NCBI GenBank assembly: GCA_963815195.1
Contig: CAWFGE010000007.1
Location: forward strand, 1-64,000
Direction: 5' to 3'
Length of the DNA: 64,000 nt
Source of the DNA: an uncultured Planctomycetaceae bacterium
Lineage (GTDB): Bacteria; Planctomycetota; Planctomycetia; Planctomycetales; Planctomycetaceae
The notes below the pieces were generated by a model. It searched no databases. It saw nothing but the letters and a program-made list of their open reading frames with translations, and had not been told where the DNA came from. Positions 43,750-55,565 of the stretch are shown in pieces; within the stretch, counting starts at the first letter, position 1; the number at the start of each line of letters is the position of its first letter. Both the position numbers and the translations under genes were made by a program.

Positions 43750-44470
43750 GTCAAAACTCATATCAGCATTGGATTGGGCCTGGCCGCGTGCCGAGCGGGT
43801 TATAAGACCAAGTTCTTCACCGCCGCGGCTTTGGTGAATCGCCTGGAAGAAGCTCAGAAACATTACACCTTGGAGCGGTTGTTGAGCCAACTCGACAAGC
43901 TCGATTTGTTGATCGTGGATGAACTGGGTTACTTGTCGTTCAACCGGTCGGGAGCAGAGTTGTTGTTCCAGGTCTTCGCGGATCGCTACGAACGCAAGAG
44001 CCTGCTGATCACGAGCAACCTGGCCTTTAGCGATTGGGGGCAAATCTTCCAAGGCGAACGCATGACCGCGGCATTACTGGACCGCATCACGCACCATTGC
44101 CACATCTTCGAGATGAACGGCGAAAGCTACCGCTTCAAACAGTCGATGAAAGACAAAAAAGCGTCCGAAAACAAGAAGCCGAAAACCCGCTAAGTCGGCT
44201 CCGACGACGCCCGTCTTTCCTTCCCAACCTGCCCCATTCCACATCATTCCCCACCCCAGGTGGGTCCCATTTCCGCGCCGAAGTGGGTCCCAATTGCACG
44301 CCGATCTCCAGGCGTTGGAATGACTTAAAAACAAGGGGATTTGAAGCGGTTACGCTCTCGCTTCGTTCATACTCGCATTGTATTCATGTGGGGGTGATAT
44401 GGCCACGGGTGTTACCAAATTGTTACCAAAGTTTGAGATTCCACCGGACCAATGTCGCCGCTGGCATCCT

Positions 44471-45189
44471 CTAATACTCCCAATTCTCGTGACGCACCGG
44501 CAGGCGGTTTAGCACCTGTCGCCGGTGTTCCCAGTCGGGCATATATTTTTGCATAAGCCCTTGGAATCTTTCGTTATGTGTGGGTTCGAGAATGTGGATC
44601 ATCTCGTGGACGACGATGTACTCAAGGCATTCGCGGGGCTTCTTGGCCAGGTCGGTGTTCAGCCGGATCGTTCGTGCCTGTGAATTACAGCTTCCCCAGC
44701 GCGTCTTCATTCGCTGGACGTAGAAGCCACAAACGGTTACGCCGATCCGTGGCTCCCACTTTTCAATCAGTTCCTGGGTTGCAGTCTTTACCAGTGCGCG
44801 ATACCAGTTCTCGACTACCTGCTGCCGCTTGTGGTCGTCTGCAGCCTGGCCTGAGCGCGCAGAATCATCTGATTATGCTTCAATTCAATGGACGGCGAGG
44901 CATTCTCCTCGATGATGCTGAGTAGGTGTCGCTTGCCCCACACGAAGTGGCTTTCGCGACCGACGAACTCGCGGGGAGTTTCGCGCTCTTGCTCGCGGAG
45001 TTTACGTTGCTGCCGTTTGATCCAGCCCAGTTTGGAAATCGCAAACAGCCGGATCGTATCAACGTTCATTCGCTTCGGAGCCGCAATGCGGACCTTGCCC
45101 TCCGGCGGATGGACGCTCAGGTGGATGTTCTTGATGTCCTTGAGCACCACATCCACGGCAATGTTTCCAAGATCAATCGTCGTGGCCAT
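44471..45189 (-). CDS. M48/YgjP-like metallopeptidase associated with type I R-M (frameshifted)
   Basis: KDIKNIHLSVHPP; MKTRWGSCN; LEYIVVHEMIH. Confidence 0.9.
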
Positions 45190-48100
45190 CAGTATTCCGC
45201 CTGTGCTTTGATGATGAGGAAGATTCGTTCGACCTCGGCCTCGTCCTGAAGCACGCCGTAAAGGGCTGCTTTTATGACTTGTTCGCGGGCTTGAACTCCA
45301 CGCCAGCCATCGGGACGGACTTTCTTCACTGCGTCGTCGATCTGCAAGGCAAGCTCTCTCATTTTTGCCAAGGTTGTTGAATAGAGTGCGCGCTTGCCTG
45401 GCGTGTCGAGTTGTGCGGGCGTGTCCTCTGCCTGGCCGGCGTCAACCCTCTTCGCGAGTTCCGCAATGCGTTTCAGGTACTCTTCGTACTCGATGGCTTT
45501 TGCTTTGCGGGCCGCGATGATTTCGTCGAGCAGCGCCGACATGTTCGCGTAGAACGCGGGATCGTTCAGTTGCTCCTTCGTGATCTTTTTGCGGACGTTG
45601 TTTTCGATGGTCTCGGCAATGGCGTTCTTGTTGCCCTTCAGCCCGCCCAGCTTCGTGGCGATGGCATCGGCAATGCCCGTCTTCACGATCAATTCCAGCA
45701 AGCCCATGTTGTCAAACGGCGAAATCTTGCGTGGTTCATCGGCCTCGATGTAGGTGTCGATAAGGTGCCGCATGTCGGCTTCGTAGGGCTTGAGGTCAAG
45801 CGTCTCGCCACTGGCATTGCGGATGATCTCACGCAGCTTCAGGTATCGGTCGAGCAGTTGCTTGATGTGGGCAATGTCGGATGTGCTGTAACCCGCCTGC
45901 TCCAACTCGTCGGCAATGTTGGCGTAGGCACGAACCAGGGCTGACAACGGCCTTGTAGAGCGCTGCCCGTTGCGGCTGGCGTTCCTCCAAATCGCTCGGA
46001 GTCTCGGTGTTACCGCAGAAGTAGTGGATGTGCTCCAGTTCGCCTTGCGGTGGCTCCACCGGCTCGCATAAGAGGGCAAGGGTTTCGATGGCATTGTCGA
46101 GGCGTTCCTTACCTTTTTTCAGCCGATCCTGAAGCAGCACGTCGGGGCTGGCCCCGCCGGAACTGGTATCAAGTTCTGACGTATACACGGCGATGGCGTT
46201 TTCGACCTTCTTGAACAGGTCCTTGTAGTCCACGATGTAGCCGAAATCCTTGTCCTCACCGTCAAGCCTGTTCGTGCGGCAAATGGCCTGAAACAGGCCG
46301 TGGTCCTGCATCGACTTGTCGATGTAGAGATAGGTGCATGGCGGCGCATCGAAGCCGGTGAGCAGCTTGTCCACGACCACGAGCAGCTTCATGTTCGCCG
46401 GCTCTTTGATGAACAGTTCCTTGGCTCGCTCTTCGTAGGTCTCCGTTTTCGTCATGCCGGGCTTGGCGTCAACATTCTTGAGCAGTTCCATGTAAGTGTT
46501 GTAGATGAATTGCTTGTCCGTCTCCGTATTCGCACCGACTTCTTCCTTGGTTACGTTCTGGGCCTGTGGATTGTAGGAGGTGACAATGGCGCATTTGCCC
46601 TTGAAGGGCGTCTTCTGGAACAGCGTGAAATACTTGGAAGCCTCGTAGATGCTTGAGGCAACAAGGATCGCATTGCCTCGCTCGCTGGAAAGGCGGGGCT
46701 TCACGCTGAAATCGAAGACGATGTCCGCGACAACACGGTCCATCCGAGACTTGGAACTGAGCACCGACTGCATCGTGCCCCACTTGTGCTTCAGTTCATC
46801 CTTCTGCCAGTCATTCAGGCCTTTCGTCTTGGCGTCGAACCAGGCATCGATCTTATCCTCGGAGCCGAGCCGTTGGTCGATGTCTCGCGCTTCGTACACG
46901 AGGTCGAGCACGACTTCATCCTCGACGGCCTCGCTGAACTTGTAGGTGTGGATGTACCCGCCGAAAACTTCCCGGCTGGTCTGCTTGTCTTTCTTGAGCA
47001 GCGGCGTGCCGGTGAAGCCAATAAAGACGGCGTTGGGCATCATCGCCTTCATGGCCCGGTTCAGCTTGCCGCTTTGGGTGCGGTGGCATTCATCGACGAA
47101 CACGAACAGTTCGCCTACCGTCTGGCTCGGCTGCGATTCCAATTCCTTGATGAAAGCGTCGAAATCGTCCACACCCCTGCGGCCGAACTTGTGCACCAGG
47201 GAGCAGAGCAATCGGGGTTTTGCCTGAGCCAAGTTGCTTCATCAAGTCCCGGCCGCTGCTGGTGCGTTTGATGGCTTCGCCTGTCTCGGTGAAGACGCGC
47301 TCAATCTGCCCGTCCAAGCTCGTCGCGGTCGGTGATGATCGCGACGCGGGCGTTGGGGTTGTTCTCCAGAATCCATTTGGCGAGCAGCACCATGACGATG
47401 CTTTTCCCGCTGCCCTGGGTGTGCCAGATGATGCCGCCCTTCTTCTGCCGGACATGCTCCTGGGCGGCCTTGATGCCGAAATACTGATGCACGCGGGGCA
47501 GCTTCTTCACGCCGCCGTCAAACAGCACGAAATCGTGCATCAACTCGATGATGCGGTGCTTGTCGCAGAGCTTGAGCAGGTACTTGTCCAGCTTGAAGCG
47601 GGTATTGTCTTCCTCGTCTTCTTTCCATTTGAGGAAATACTTCTCTTCGGTCTTGATCGCTCCATATTGCAGGCCCTGCGAATCGTTGCCGGCGAAGACG
47701 AATTGCACAGTGCTGAAAAACCACTCGTTGAATTCAGGCTGCTGGTTGGACAGATTCTGGCGGATGCCGTCGCCGATGGTGACGCGGCTGTTCTTGAGTT
47801 CGATCACGCCGATGGCAATGCCGTTGACGTAAAGCACGAGATCAATCCGCCGCTCCAGGCCGCCTTTGAGGGTCACTTCCTCGGCAATGGCGAAATCGTT
47901 TTCTTCTGGCTTTTGCCAGTTGATGAGGCGGACGGTCTCGGTCACCTTGCCGGCCTCAATCTTGACGGGCACGCCATAGCGAAGCAGGTTGTAGACGGCC
48001 TGGTTGTTGCCGTAGAGCGTGCGGTTGTGGTTGTCGGCCTCGGTGCGCAGCTTGTAGATCGCCGCGCTGATCTGTGCCGGCGTGTTGCCCTGTTTCGTCA

Positions 48101-48242
48101 GCCAAGCGGAAAGCAGGTCTTCCTCGATGTTGCTGTTGGTGCGGTCCGTCCAGTCGCCGAGATAGCGATACTTGAGTTCGTCCTGAAACAGGGCGAGAAC
48201 CCGGTCCTGCGTGGCGCGTTCAGGTTGGCCGATGTTGCTCAT
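45189..48242 (-). CDS. hsdR: Type I restriction subunit R (frameshifted)
   Basis: IDLVLYVNGIAIGVIELK; IWHTQGSGKS; VDECHR; GFTGTP; LLTGFDAP; QAICRTNR. Confidence 0.95.
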
Positions 48243-49599
48243 TGCATAACCTCCCAATGACCGCCCTTGGCTGGACCGACCCGTTGCAGCTTGCCTTCTG
48301 CCGTGAGTTTTGCTGACCGCTCGTTCGACGGCGCTCTGGGATTTGCCAATGCTGGCAGCAACATCCGCCAAGCTGTAGTCAGGATGCTCGGCCAATACTG
48401 CAAGAATTTTCTCCGGCGTTTTTACCCGCGTTTTCACCGGCGTTTTCACCTCAGTTTCCCCCAAATTTTCGGCCGATTCAATCCGTTTCACAATGTCCGA
48501 AGAAAACGGGAAGGAAATCCACAATCCCGCCGGTTCCTGCTCGATGATGGTTCCGGGAAGCGGGCTTCACGGCAGGCGGCAAAAATCCGTTCGACGCCGC
48601 GTCCCCAAGCCTCGATCTCTCCCGCTCGAAAGAAGATGTTGGCAATATCGGGATTAAATGGGAGCGAAGCATGTTTGCGTTTGAGCTTCGCCACCGTCCA
48701 GGCCTGAGGAAGCTGGCCGGGGTTCCAAACCATGAGTTTATCCGCATACACGCTGATTTGCACCGGCGTGCCGCTGGCATAATCCTTATGAATAATCGCA
48801 TTCAGAACGGCTTCGCGGAGAGCCGGTTCGGGCACGGGGAGCGTTTCAACCCGCTGAATGCCCTGATAGGTGATGGCGGCTTTCAGGTATTTGGTCAGAA
48901 GCAGGTCGATCGTGCGGCTGACCTGCGTAAACAGGTCGCCGTGGACTTCATCGTGATAGAGCAGGTCGTCATTCGTGCGGAAATAGCCAATCTTCACGAA
49001 AGCGCCGGTCACGAACTTTTCCGGATCGGGATGAAAGGCCAGCACGGCGGCACGTTTAAGGTAGTTTCCCATCGTTCAGATGCAATTTTTCGATGAGACC
49101 GGCCGTCGATTCTTTCAGGTCAGGCGGCGGTCATCCGCTGGCTTTGCCGCGCCCGCGTGCGAAACGCTTCGATGGCGTCCTTCGACAAGTTTCGTGCCGT
49201 GACTTTGGGCACGGGCACGCCGTCCCAGGTTCTGCCCTGCTTGGCGAGCAGGAATTTGTCGAGGGCGGCTCCTTTGAGTTGCTGTTTGGTGCTGCCGGAA
49301 CGAATGTGGTACTCCCCCTTGTAATTCACCGGGTAGGGGTACGGATCGACGTGAATTTCGATCAGGTCTTTGCGTTTTTCGGAAACGAGCCGCACATTGG
49401 CCATGATGCCCAGCACGTCACGGATTTTGTTCGGCAGGTCCTCAAGCAGCTTTTTGGCGTCCGCAACACCGATGGCTTGCCCCTTGTCGTTTCGGCCGAT
49501 GACCAAAACACCTCCTTCCGCGTTGGCAAAGCCACAGAGCCATTTGAGGTACTCATCCCGCCAGGACTCTTTCCATTCGGTGTGCTGACTTTCCTTCAT
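48239..49599 (-). CDS. AlbA_2/Schlafen-like DNA-binding + ATP-binding protein with C-terminal wHTH (frameshifted)
   Basis: ESQHTEWKESW..FANAEGG; LREAVLNAIIHKDY; EAWGRG; GPAKGGHWEV. Confidence 0.88.
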
Positions 49600-50896
49600 A
49601 CCAGGCGAATCCTCCCGGTCAGCAGTTCCTGCATCATGCCCTGCTTGATCTGGCGGGCCTTGGACAGCTTCGTTTCCAAGTTCGCGATTTCGGCCTCCAT
49701 GTCTGAGAGGATCGGCGGCGATGGCACGTTTGTTCTTCGGTCGTTGGCAAGGGAATGACGATATTCCGAAACGACGCACCGGCGAACTACGATGCTTTGG
49801 ACATGTCGTGCCAGCTGCGACGACTGCAAGTGATTCGGTCACGGCGTGAAATGACTCGAAATGCAGACGTAGTCTGATATCATTCGCAGAAACGCCTTCG
49901 ATGTGCATTGCTGCAAGCCATCGCCGAAGAGCATGTTCACGTCAATTGAGTAGTTGGTGCTTCTTCAATGTCGAGCTTCCACGAACGCATAACAAAAGAT
50001 CACCAGACTTGCAGAAATCGTAGCTCGCGGCTTGATCGCGATAGTCCATGAATCGTAGAATGTGGATCGTCAGTTTCGAGTGAATTTGACGTCAGCCGTA
50101 TGAATCCAGTGGTATTGTTCGCACCTGTCCGATAGTCCGTGGTTCCGCGGCGACTGGTGCCATTCCACCGACTTCACCGCAAGTTCGCCGAGGAGCGTAT
50201 TTCCCACTCCCCGCTGAAACCCGGCAGGCGTTTCTTGCCGGTGAGCAATTCCTGCATGGCCCCTTGCTTGATGTCTCGCTTCTTGGCCAGCAGTTGCTCC
50301 AGTGACTCGATGAGGGCATCGGCATCACTCAATACCTCGGCAATGGCTTCCTGCTCGACCTTGGTCGGAGGCAGAGGAATTGGCATTGCGTTGAGTTTGT
50401 CCCTGCTAAGTTTGCATGCTGCCTGTCGATCCTGCCGCGACACTCATGAAGTAGCCACGACCGGCAAAAACTATTGGCATATCTCCAAAACCACTGAGCA
50501 ACAATCCTATCCCGAAAGCGAAGCCGCATCATCAGGTCGGGATAAAATAACTGTGTGCCAGCGCGGTGAAGATTGCAGTCGTCCCCACTAGATCAATCGT
50601 ATTGGAGCGTTGGACTAAAACGTCGTCTGGCTTAAGAAATAAATCTGACTCTGGAGAAATACTCTGTTCAATATACTTCACGGTGTCCTGATTGAGAATG
50701 AGCTTGCCTGATGTTGTTGCAGAAAGACTGAGTGTGGGTGTGCCGACAGCATCAGCACCGCTACGACCCGAGTATCCATTCTTAGGGCCACTGCGAACCA
50801 ACTCACCGACTCTTCAAGAATATCCCAGTCGAATGGAATTACGCCAACTTCAGTCTGTTTATATCCACTTGGAATGTCGTGCGTCGCCGTGCTCAC
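49596..50896 (-). CDS. hsdS: Type I specificity subunit, heavily disrupted in the second TRD
   Basis: GYKQTEVGVIP; EQEAIAEVLSD..KQGAMQELLTGKKRLPGF; KQGMMQELLTGRIRLV. Confidence 0.85.
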
Positions 50897-50915
50897 GATC
50901 CCACCTCCGCGAGCT

Positions 50916-53324
50916 TCAGCTTGAGGGGCCGAAGCCCATGCGTTCCAAGTCAGCGGTGACTTTGTCCTCCAGTTCCGCGACGCGGTCGGCGATCTGCGGG
51001 AATGTCTTTTCGTAACGCTCGGCAAGTTGCTTCACCCGCTGCGTGAGTTGCTGGCTTACCCGATCCATCTCGCCGTGAATCATGGCATCCAGCGCGGCGA
51101 GCCATTTGTCGTCCACGACCAGCGTCTTGATCTCCGCCTCGGTCAGCTTGGGATAATTGGCGTAGGCTTTGGCATCGAGGTCGGCTTCCGCCTCCTTGAG
51201 CTGCTTCTTCAGGTCGGCCTGCTCGCCGTTCAGCTTCAGCCACTCATTGAGCACGGCGGCTTCGTCGGCTGCTTCCTTGTCGCCCTTGATCTCCTTCAGC
51301 CGCGCGGTGACGTTGCCCTTGTTGATCTTGTCGAGTTCGGCAAATGCACCTTCTTCGCCGCTGTGTTCCTCTTCCAGTTCGGCGAGCTTGGCGGTGACGG
51401 CCTCCAGTTCGGCGGCGAGTTGGTCGATGGCGGCCTGCTCCTTGGCGAAGTAGCGGGCGACGATCAGGGACTTGGGAATCAGGTCGCAGGTCCAGCCCTT
51501 GTCCTTCTCCTTGCCCTTCTTGTCCTTCTCGATGATGCGGTAGGTCTCGGCCTTCCAGCCGTCGGCGGCGATCAGGTAGCAGTCGTCCTGCATGGTCTCG
51601 CGCCCAGTAATCCATCAGGTGCTGGTAGACGTCGTAGGGGTCGATCAGCGGCTTGCCGGCGTAGTGGGCAAGCAGGCTCTCGGAGAGCTCGGCGATCACC
51701 TGCTTCGGGTGGCAGCCGGCTTCGAGCGCCTTGAGCGATTTCGCGCTCTCGTCTCGCCAGTCGGCGAAGTGGGCGTTCATGTCCGTCGATGAAGGCGGCG
51801 AATTCGGGATGCTCGTAGATGGTGGTCTTGATGTCGGCCTTGTCCACGGCAAGGTCGACGTAGCCGGGGCGGTTGTGCTTGAAGAGCGCCTTGCGCAGCT
51901 TCGGGCAGACCTCCCAGTAGCGCTGCAGCGCATCGATGTCGGCGACCGGGATGCCGCCCTGCAGGTGCCCTTCGATGTCCTGGATGTCTTCGGCCTGCTG
52001 GCTGTCGATATAGCGGGGCAGGTTGAGGTTGAAGTCGTTCTTCTCGATCTCCTCGAAGCGGACCATGCGGGAGTAACCGGGAATCTCCAGCTGCTTGTTG
52101 AAGACATCGACGATCTTGTGGATGTCCTGCGAGCGCAGGCGGTTCTTGGGGCCGTCCTTCATGAAGCCCTCGCTGGCGTCGATCATGAAGATGCCCTTGC
52201 GGGCCTGGGCGTCCTCCTTGTCGATCACGACGATGCAGGCGGGGATGCCGGTGCCGTAGAACAGGTTGGCCGGCAGGCCGATGATGCCCTTGATGTAGCC
52301 CTTGCGGATGAGGTTGCGGCGGATGTCCGCCTCGGCGTTGCCGCGGAACAGCACGCCGTGCGGCAGGATGCAGGCGCCCTTGCCGGTGCTCTTGAGCGAG
52401 CGGACGATGTGCAGCAGATAGGCGTAGTCGCCCTGCTTGCCGGGCGGCACGCCGAAGGGCTTGAAGCGCTCGTAGCGGGTCGTTCGAGCGGATCGAGGCC
52501 GGTGCTCCAGCGCTTGTCGGAGAACGGCGGATTGGCGACGACGTAGTCGAAGGTCTTGAGCGCGTCGCCGTCCTTGAACTTCGGGTCGGCCAGCGTGTTG
52601 CCCTGCATGATCAGCGCCGTCGGGTTGTCGTGCAGGATCATGTTCATGCGGGCCAGGCCGCTGGTGGCGGCATCCTTCTCCTGGCCGTAGAGCGTGACCT
52701 TCGGTGCCGGCCTCGTCGCCGACCTTCAGCAGCAGCGAGCCGGAGCCGCAGGTCGGGTCGTAGACGGTGGTGGCGGCTGCTGGTCTTGGCGTCGCGGATG
52801 CCGAGGATCTGCGCCATGATGCGGCTGACCTCGGCCGGGGTGTAGAACTGGCCCTTGCTCTTGCCGCTCTCGGTGGCGAAGTGGCGCATCAGGTATTCGT
52901 AGGCGTCGCCGAGGATGTCGTCGCCGTCGGCCCGGTTCTTCGAGAAGTCGAGGGCCTTGTTCTCGAAGATGGCGATCAGGTTGGTGAGCCGGTCGACCAT
53001 CTCCTTGCCGCTGCCGAGCTTGCCGGCGTCGTTGAAGTCCGGCATGTCGGAGAGCTTGTTGGCGTTGGCGAGCGGCGCGATGATCTTCTTGTTGATCTGG
53101 TCGCCGATGTCGGGCTTGCCCTTGAGCGCGACCATGTCCTTGAAGCTCGCACCCTCGGGGATGGTGATCGGCGCGTAGGGCTGGCCGGCGTACTTGTCGC
53201 TGACGTACTTGATGAACAGCAGCACGAGGACGTAGTCCTTGTACTGGCTGGCATCCATGCCGCCGCGCAGCTCGTCGCAGCTTGACCAGAGGGAGGAGTA
53301 GAGTTCGGATTTCTTGAGTGCCAT
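50916..53324 (-). CDS. hsdM: Type I methyltransferase subunit (frameshifted)
   Basis: LRGGMDASQYKDY; GQFYTP; VVANPPF; PHGVLFRG; LPANLFYGTGIP. Confidence 0.95.
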
Positions 53325-53383
53325 GCGTCAGGATACCGTTCCGATGGGTTGGTGTGATTGAAAGCTGAGTTATTCAGATCGTA

Positions 53384-54240
53384 TCAGTTCTTGCGACCTT
53401 TCTTCTTCCGTTTCGTCGATTTGGTTTCCGCCGGTTTTGGAGTGGCCGACAATTGGGCAACCGGTTGTTGCCCAATGGGTTGGTCCCCTTCCAGTTGCGA
53501 TTGTGATTCCGCCAGTTCGTAAAACTCGTGCAGTTTGGCCTGAAGCAAGTTCTTGTCCGGCAATCGGGTTTGATATTCGGCGACGAGAGCCGGCGAGACG
53601 GCCCGGCTCAAGGCGTACTCGACGACTTCGTGGTTCTTGGTGGCGCAGAGCAGCATGCCGATGGACGGTTGCTCGTGCGGTTTTTTCACGTCCCGGTCGA
53701 GCGACTCCAGGTAGAATTCCAGTTTGCCGAGATATTCCGGCTCGAATTCGTTGATCTTGAGTTCGATGGCGACCAGGCAGTTCGAGCGCCCGATTGAAGA
53801 ACAGGAGGTCGATGGCGAAATCGCGTCCTCCGACCTGCACTGGGTACTGGCTGCCGACGAAACAGAAGTCCCGGCCGAGTTCGATCAGGAATTGCTTGAG
53901 ATTCTCCAGCAGCCGCTTTTTGCAGATCGGCTTCCGAATGTCCAGAGGGAAGCTCCAGAAACTCAACGAGATATGTGTTTTTGAAGGCGTTTGCAGCGTC
54001 AGGAAAATGCTGTTGCAACGGTGGCGACTGCTTCGGAGGCGACAGCACGACCCGCTCGAACAGAGTCGCCGTTCAATTGTCGCTCCAATTCCCGACTGGA
54101 CCATTTTTGCGAAGCGGCGAGCCGCAGGTAGAATTCGCGTTCTTCGTCCCGCTTGCACTTGCCGAGAATGAGCAAGTTGTTGGTCCAACTCAATTCTCTC
54201 AGCAGTGCCGAGAGTTTCGGCTCCCGAATGAAAACCAAAC
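53384..54240 (-). pseudogene. YhcG/PDDEXK nuclease-domain protein, 5'-truncated and frameshifted
   Basis: LSWTNNL..EREFYL..WSSRELERQ; FLIELGRDFCFVGSQY; IDLLFF; VVEYAL..VAEYQ. Confidence 0.82.
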
Positions 54241-54480
54241 GACAGGACGAGTTGCCTCTTGCTATCATCTGCATGGGTTTGCATCACATATCCTATTCTA
54301 AAGGATTCCGAGGCGGGGAAGCGAGGTGTCGTCGAGAAGAAGACGAGCAGGAGAAAACCTCCCCCGCCCACGGTTCGCAAATGCCATCGTTGGTGGCTGC
54401 TCATCCCGGTCTTGTTCGCATTGCTGCTGGTGGCATCCCGAATGGGAATGATTGGAATTGATTGGCAACGAGGTCATTTG

Positions 54481-54852
54481 ATGTCGAATCTTACGAATGC
54501 GTTAGCAACCATCACTGATCGACTCGTGCTTCTGGCGTCAGAAGATGCCACGTTGAGGCAGGAACTTCGATCATTGGCCACGGAACTGCTGACGGCCCTC
54601 GAACAAATGGATGAAAGCCCGCCTGAACAGGTTGAAACGGCGGCGGTTTCCATCAACCCTACTCAGGAAGCCGACTTGGTGGCCACCGCCCCTGCTCCAG
54701 TAAAGCCTGAGCCTGAGCCAGCCATTGAATCTCTGGTTCCGCTCCCAGTGCTGAGATTGGGCCAGTCCACGCCCCTCGTCGAAAGTCCCCCACCAAAGGC
54801 TGGGTTCGACTTCCACGAATTGGACCTGCCGAAGCTCGAATGGCGAGTCTGA
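54481..54852 (+). pseudogene. Hypothetical protein, probably truncated where it collides with the macro fragment
   Basis: GAGG RBS; helical N-terminus then a Pro/Glu-rich linker. Confidence 0.45.
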
Positions 54853-55023
54853 TGGATCGGTGTGCCATGCCCGATAATGAGCTTCGGGTTCCTTCCACCG
54901 CTTGGAAAGGGCGAGGACAAACCCTTTTCCCCAACGGCCCAGGTCATTGCAGCAACGGACAATGAGCCTTGGCCCTTCGCCCTCGGGCCGTGTGGCATCG
55001 CCAGTTTTGTAGTGGATGGGCAT
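54790..55023 (-). pseudogene. Macro domain (Poa1p-like) N-terminal fragment
   Basis: IHYKTGDAT..CNDLGRWGKGFVLALSKRW..VQFVEVE, then similarity stops. Confidence 0.75.
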
Positions 55024-55050
55024 GGTTTGGCTCAATCGCTTGCGGGATCA

Positions 55051-55380
55051 TCACTCCCCAAGTTCCACTTTAATTTCTGCCTGGCGGCGTTCGATTGCTT
55101 TCAGCCGAGTTTTGAGCTTCCTCGCTTCCTGATTGAGATCGGTCAATTCCTTCTTGAGCTTTTTCGTTTGCAGCCCATACGCTCCGCTCTGTTCCTTGAC
55201 CAAGGCTTCGACTTCGTGACTTAAGAGTCTGAGATAAGGATTGCCGTGGATGTGGTTCTCCCGGTACTGCAATTTGCCTTCCCGAATGGCGGCAATGATC
55301 TCCGGTTGTGTCAGCCCAAACTCCTTCCGAGCCGATTTGTCGCTGAGGGTGGCTCCCTTCTGATTCCAGATTGATGCCAT
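55051..55380 (-). CDS. Small HTH-like/coiled-coil hypothetical protein
   Basis: RBS GGAGG; TLSDKSARKEFGLTQ..HGNPYLRL; Lys/Glu-rich tail. Confidence 0.7.
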   Translation of the reverse strand: MASIWNQKGATLSDKSARKEFGLTQPEIIAAIREGKLQYRENHIHGNPYLRLLSHEVEALVKEQSGAYGLQTKKLKKELTDLNQEARKLKTRLKAIERRQAEIKVELGE

Positions 55381-55565
55381 CGTTGTTCCTCCCGAATCGG
55401 GATTTCAGTGAGGTCAGGGTTTCGCTCGGACCCGTCAGACTGCCCATCCTGCGGAGCGGCGGTCCTGATCCTCTCTGGGTATAGTATGGATCGGACCAAA
55501 AGTCCTGCAACCCTGCAACATAGGTATTGACAAACAATAGTATTTTACGGACAACTCGCGCCGCT

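Larger units (their letters stand above)
41277..43754 (+). mobile_element. Minimal large-serine-recombinase integrative element
   Basis: Precisely interrupts istB with a shared AA at both junctions (41275-76 and 43753-54); encodes a recombinase and two small ORFs. Confidence 0.88.
40918..44193 (+). pseudogene. istB: IS21 helper ATPase split at Walker A (40918-41276 + 43755-44193)
   Basis: LKQLRLP..LGQPGTGK | THISIGLG..LLIVDELGY..YERKSLLITSNL..LLDRITHH..GESYR. Confidence 0.93.
39266..44310 (+). mobile_element. IS21-family element carrying a nested insertion
   Basis: 33-bp perfect terminal IR TGGAGATCGGCGTGCAATTGGGACCCACTTCGG; TG..CA ends; internal repeated GGACCCAC; istA and istB. No target duplication. 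Confidence 0.95.

Noticed and set aside
38884..44310. CRISPR-associated transposon (array next to IstA/IstB)
   Set aside because: The array lies outside the IS inverted repeats and is broken by them; no cas or tniQ genes are present.
44311..44330. Right IS21 flank as the missing repeat half (reverse complement GTCATTCCAACGCC)
   Set aside because: Wrong orientation and only partial identity; probably chance.
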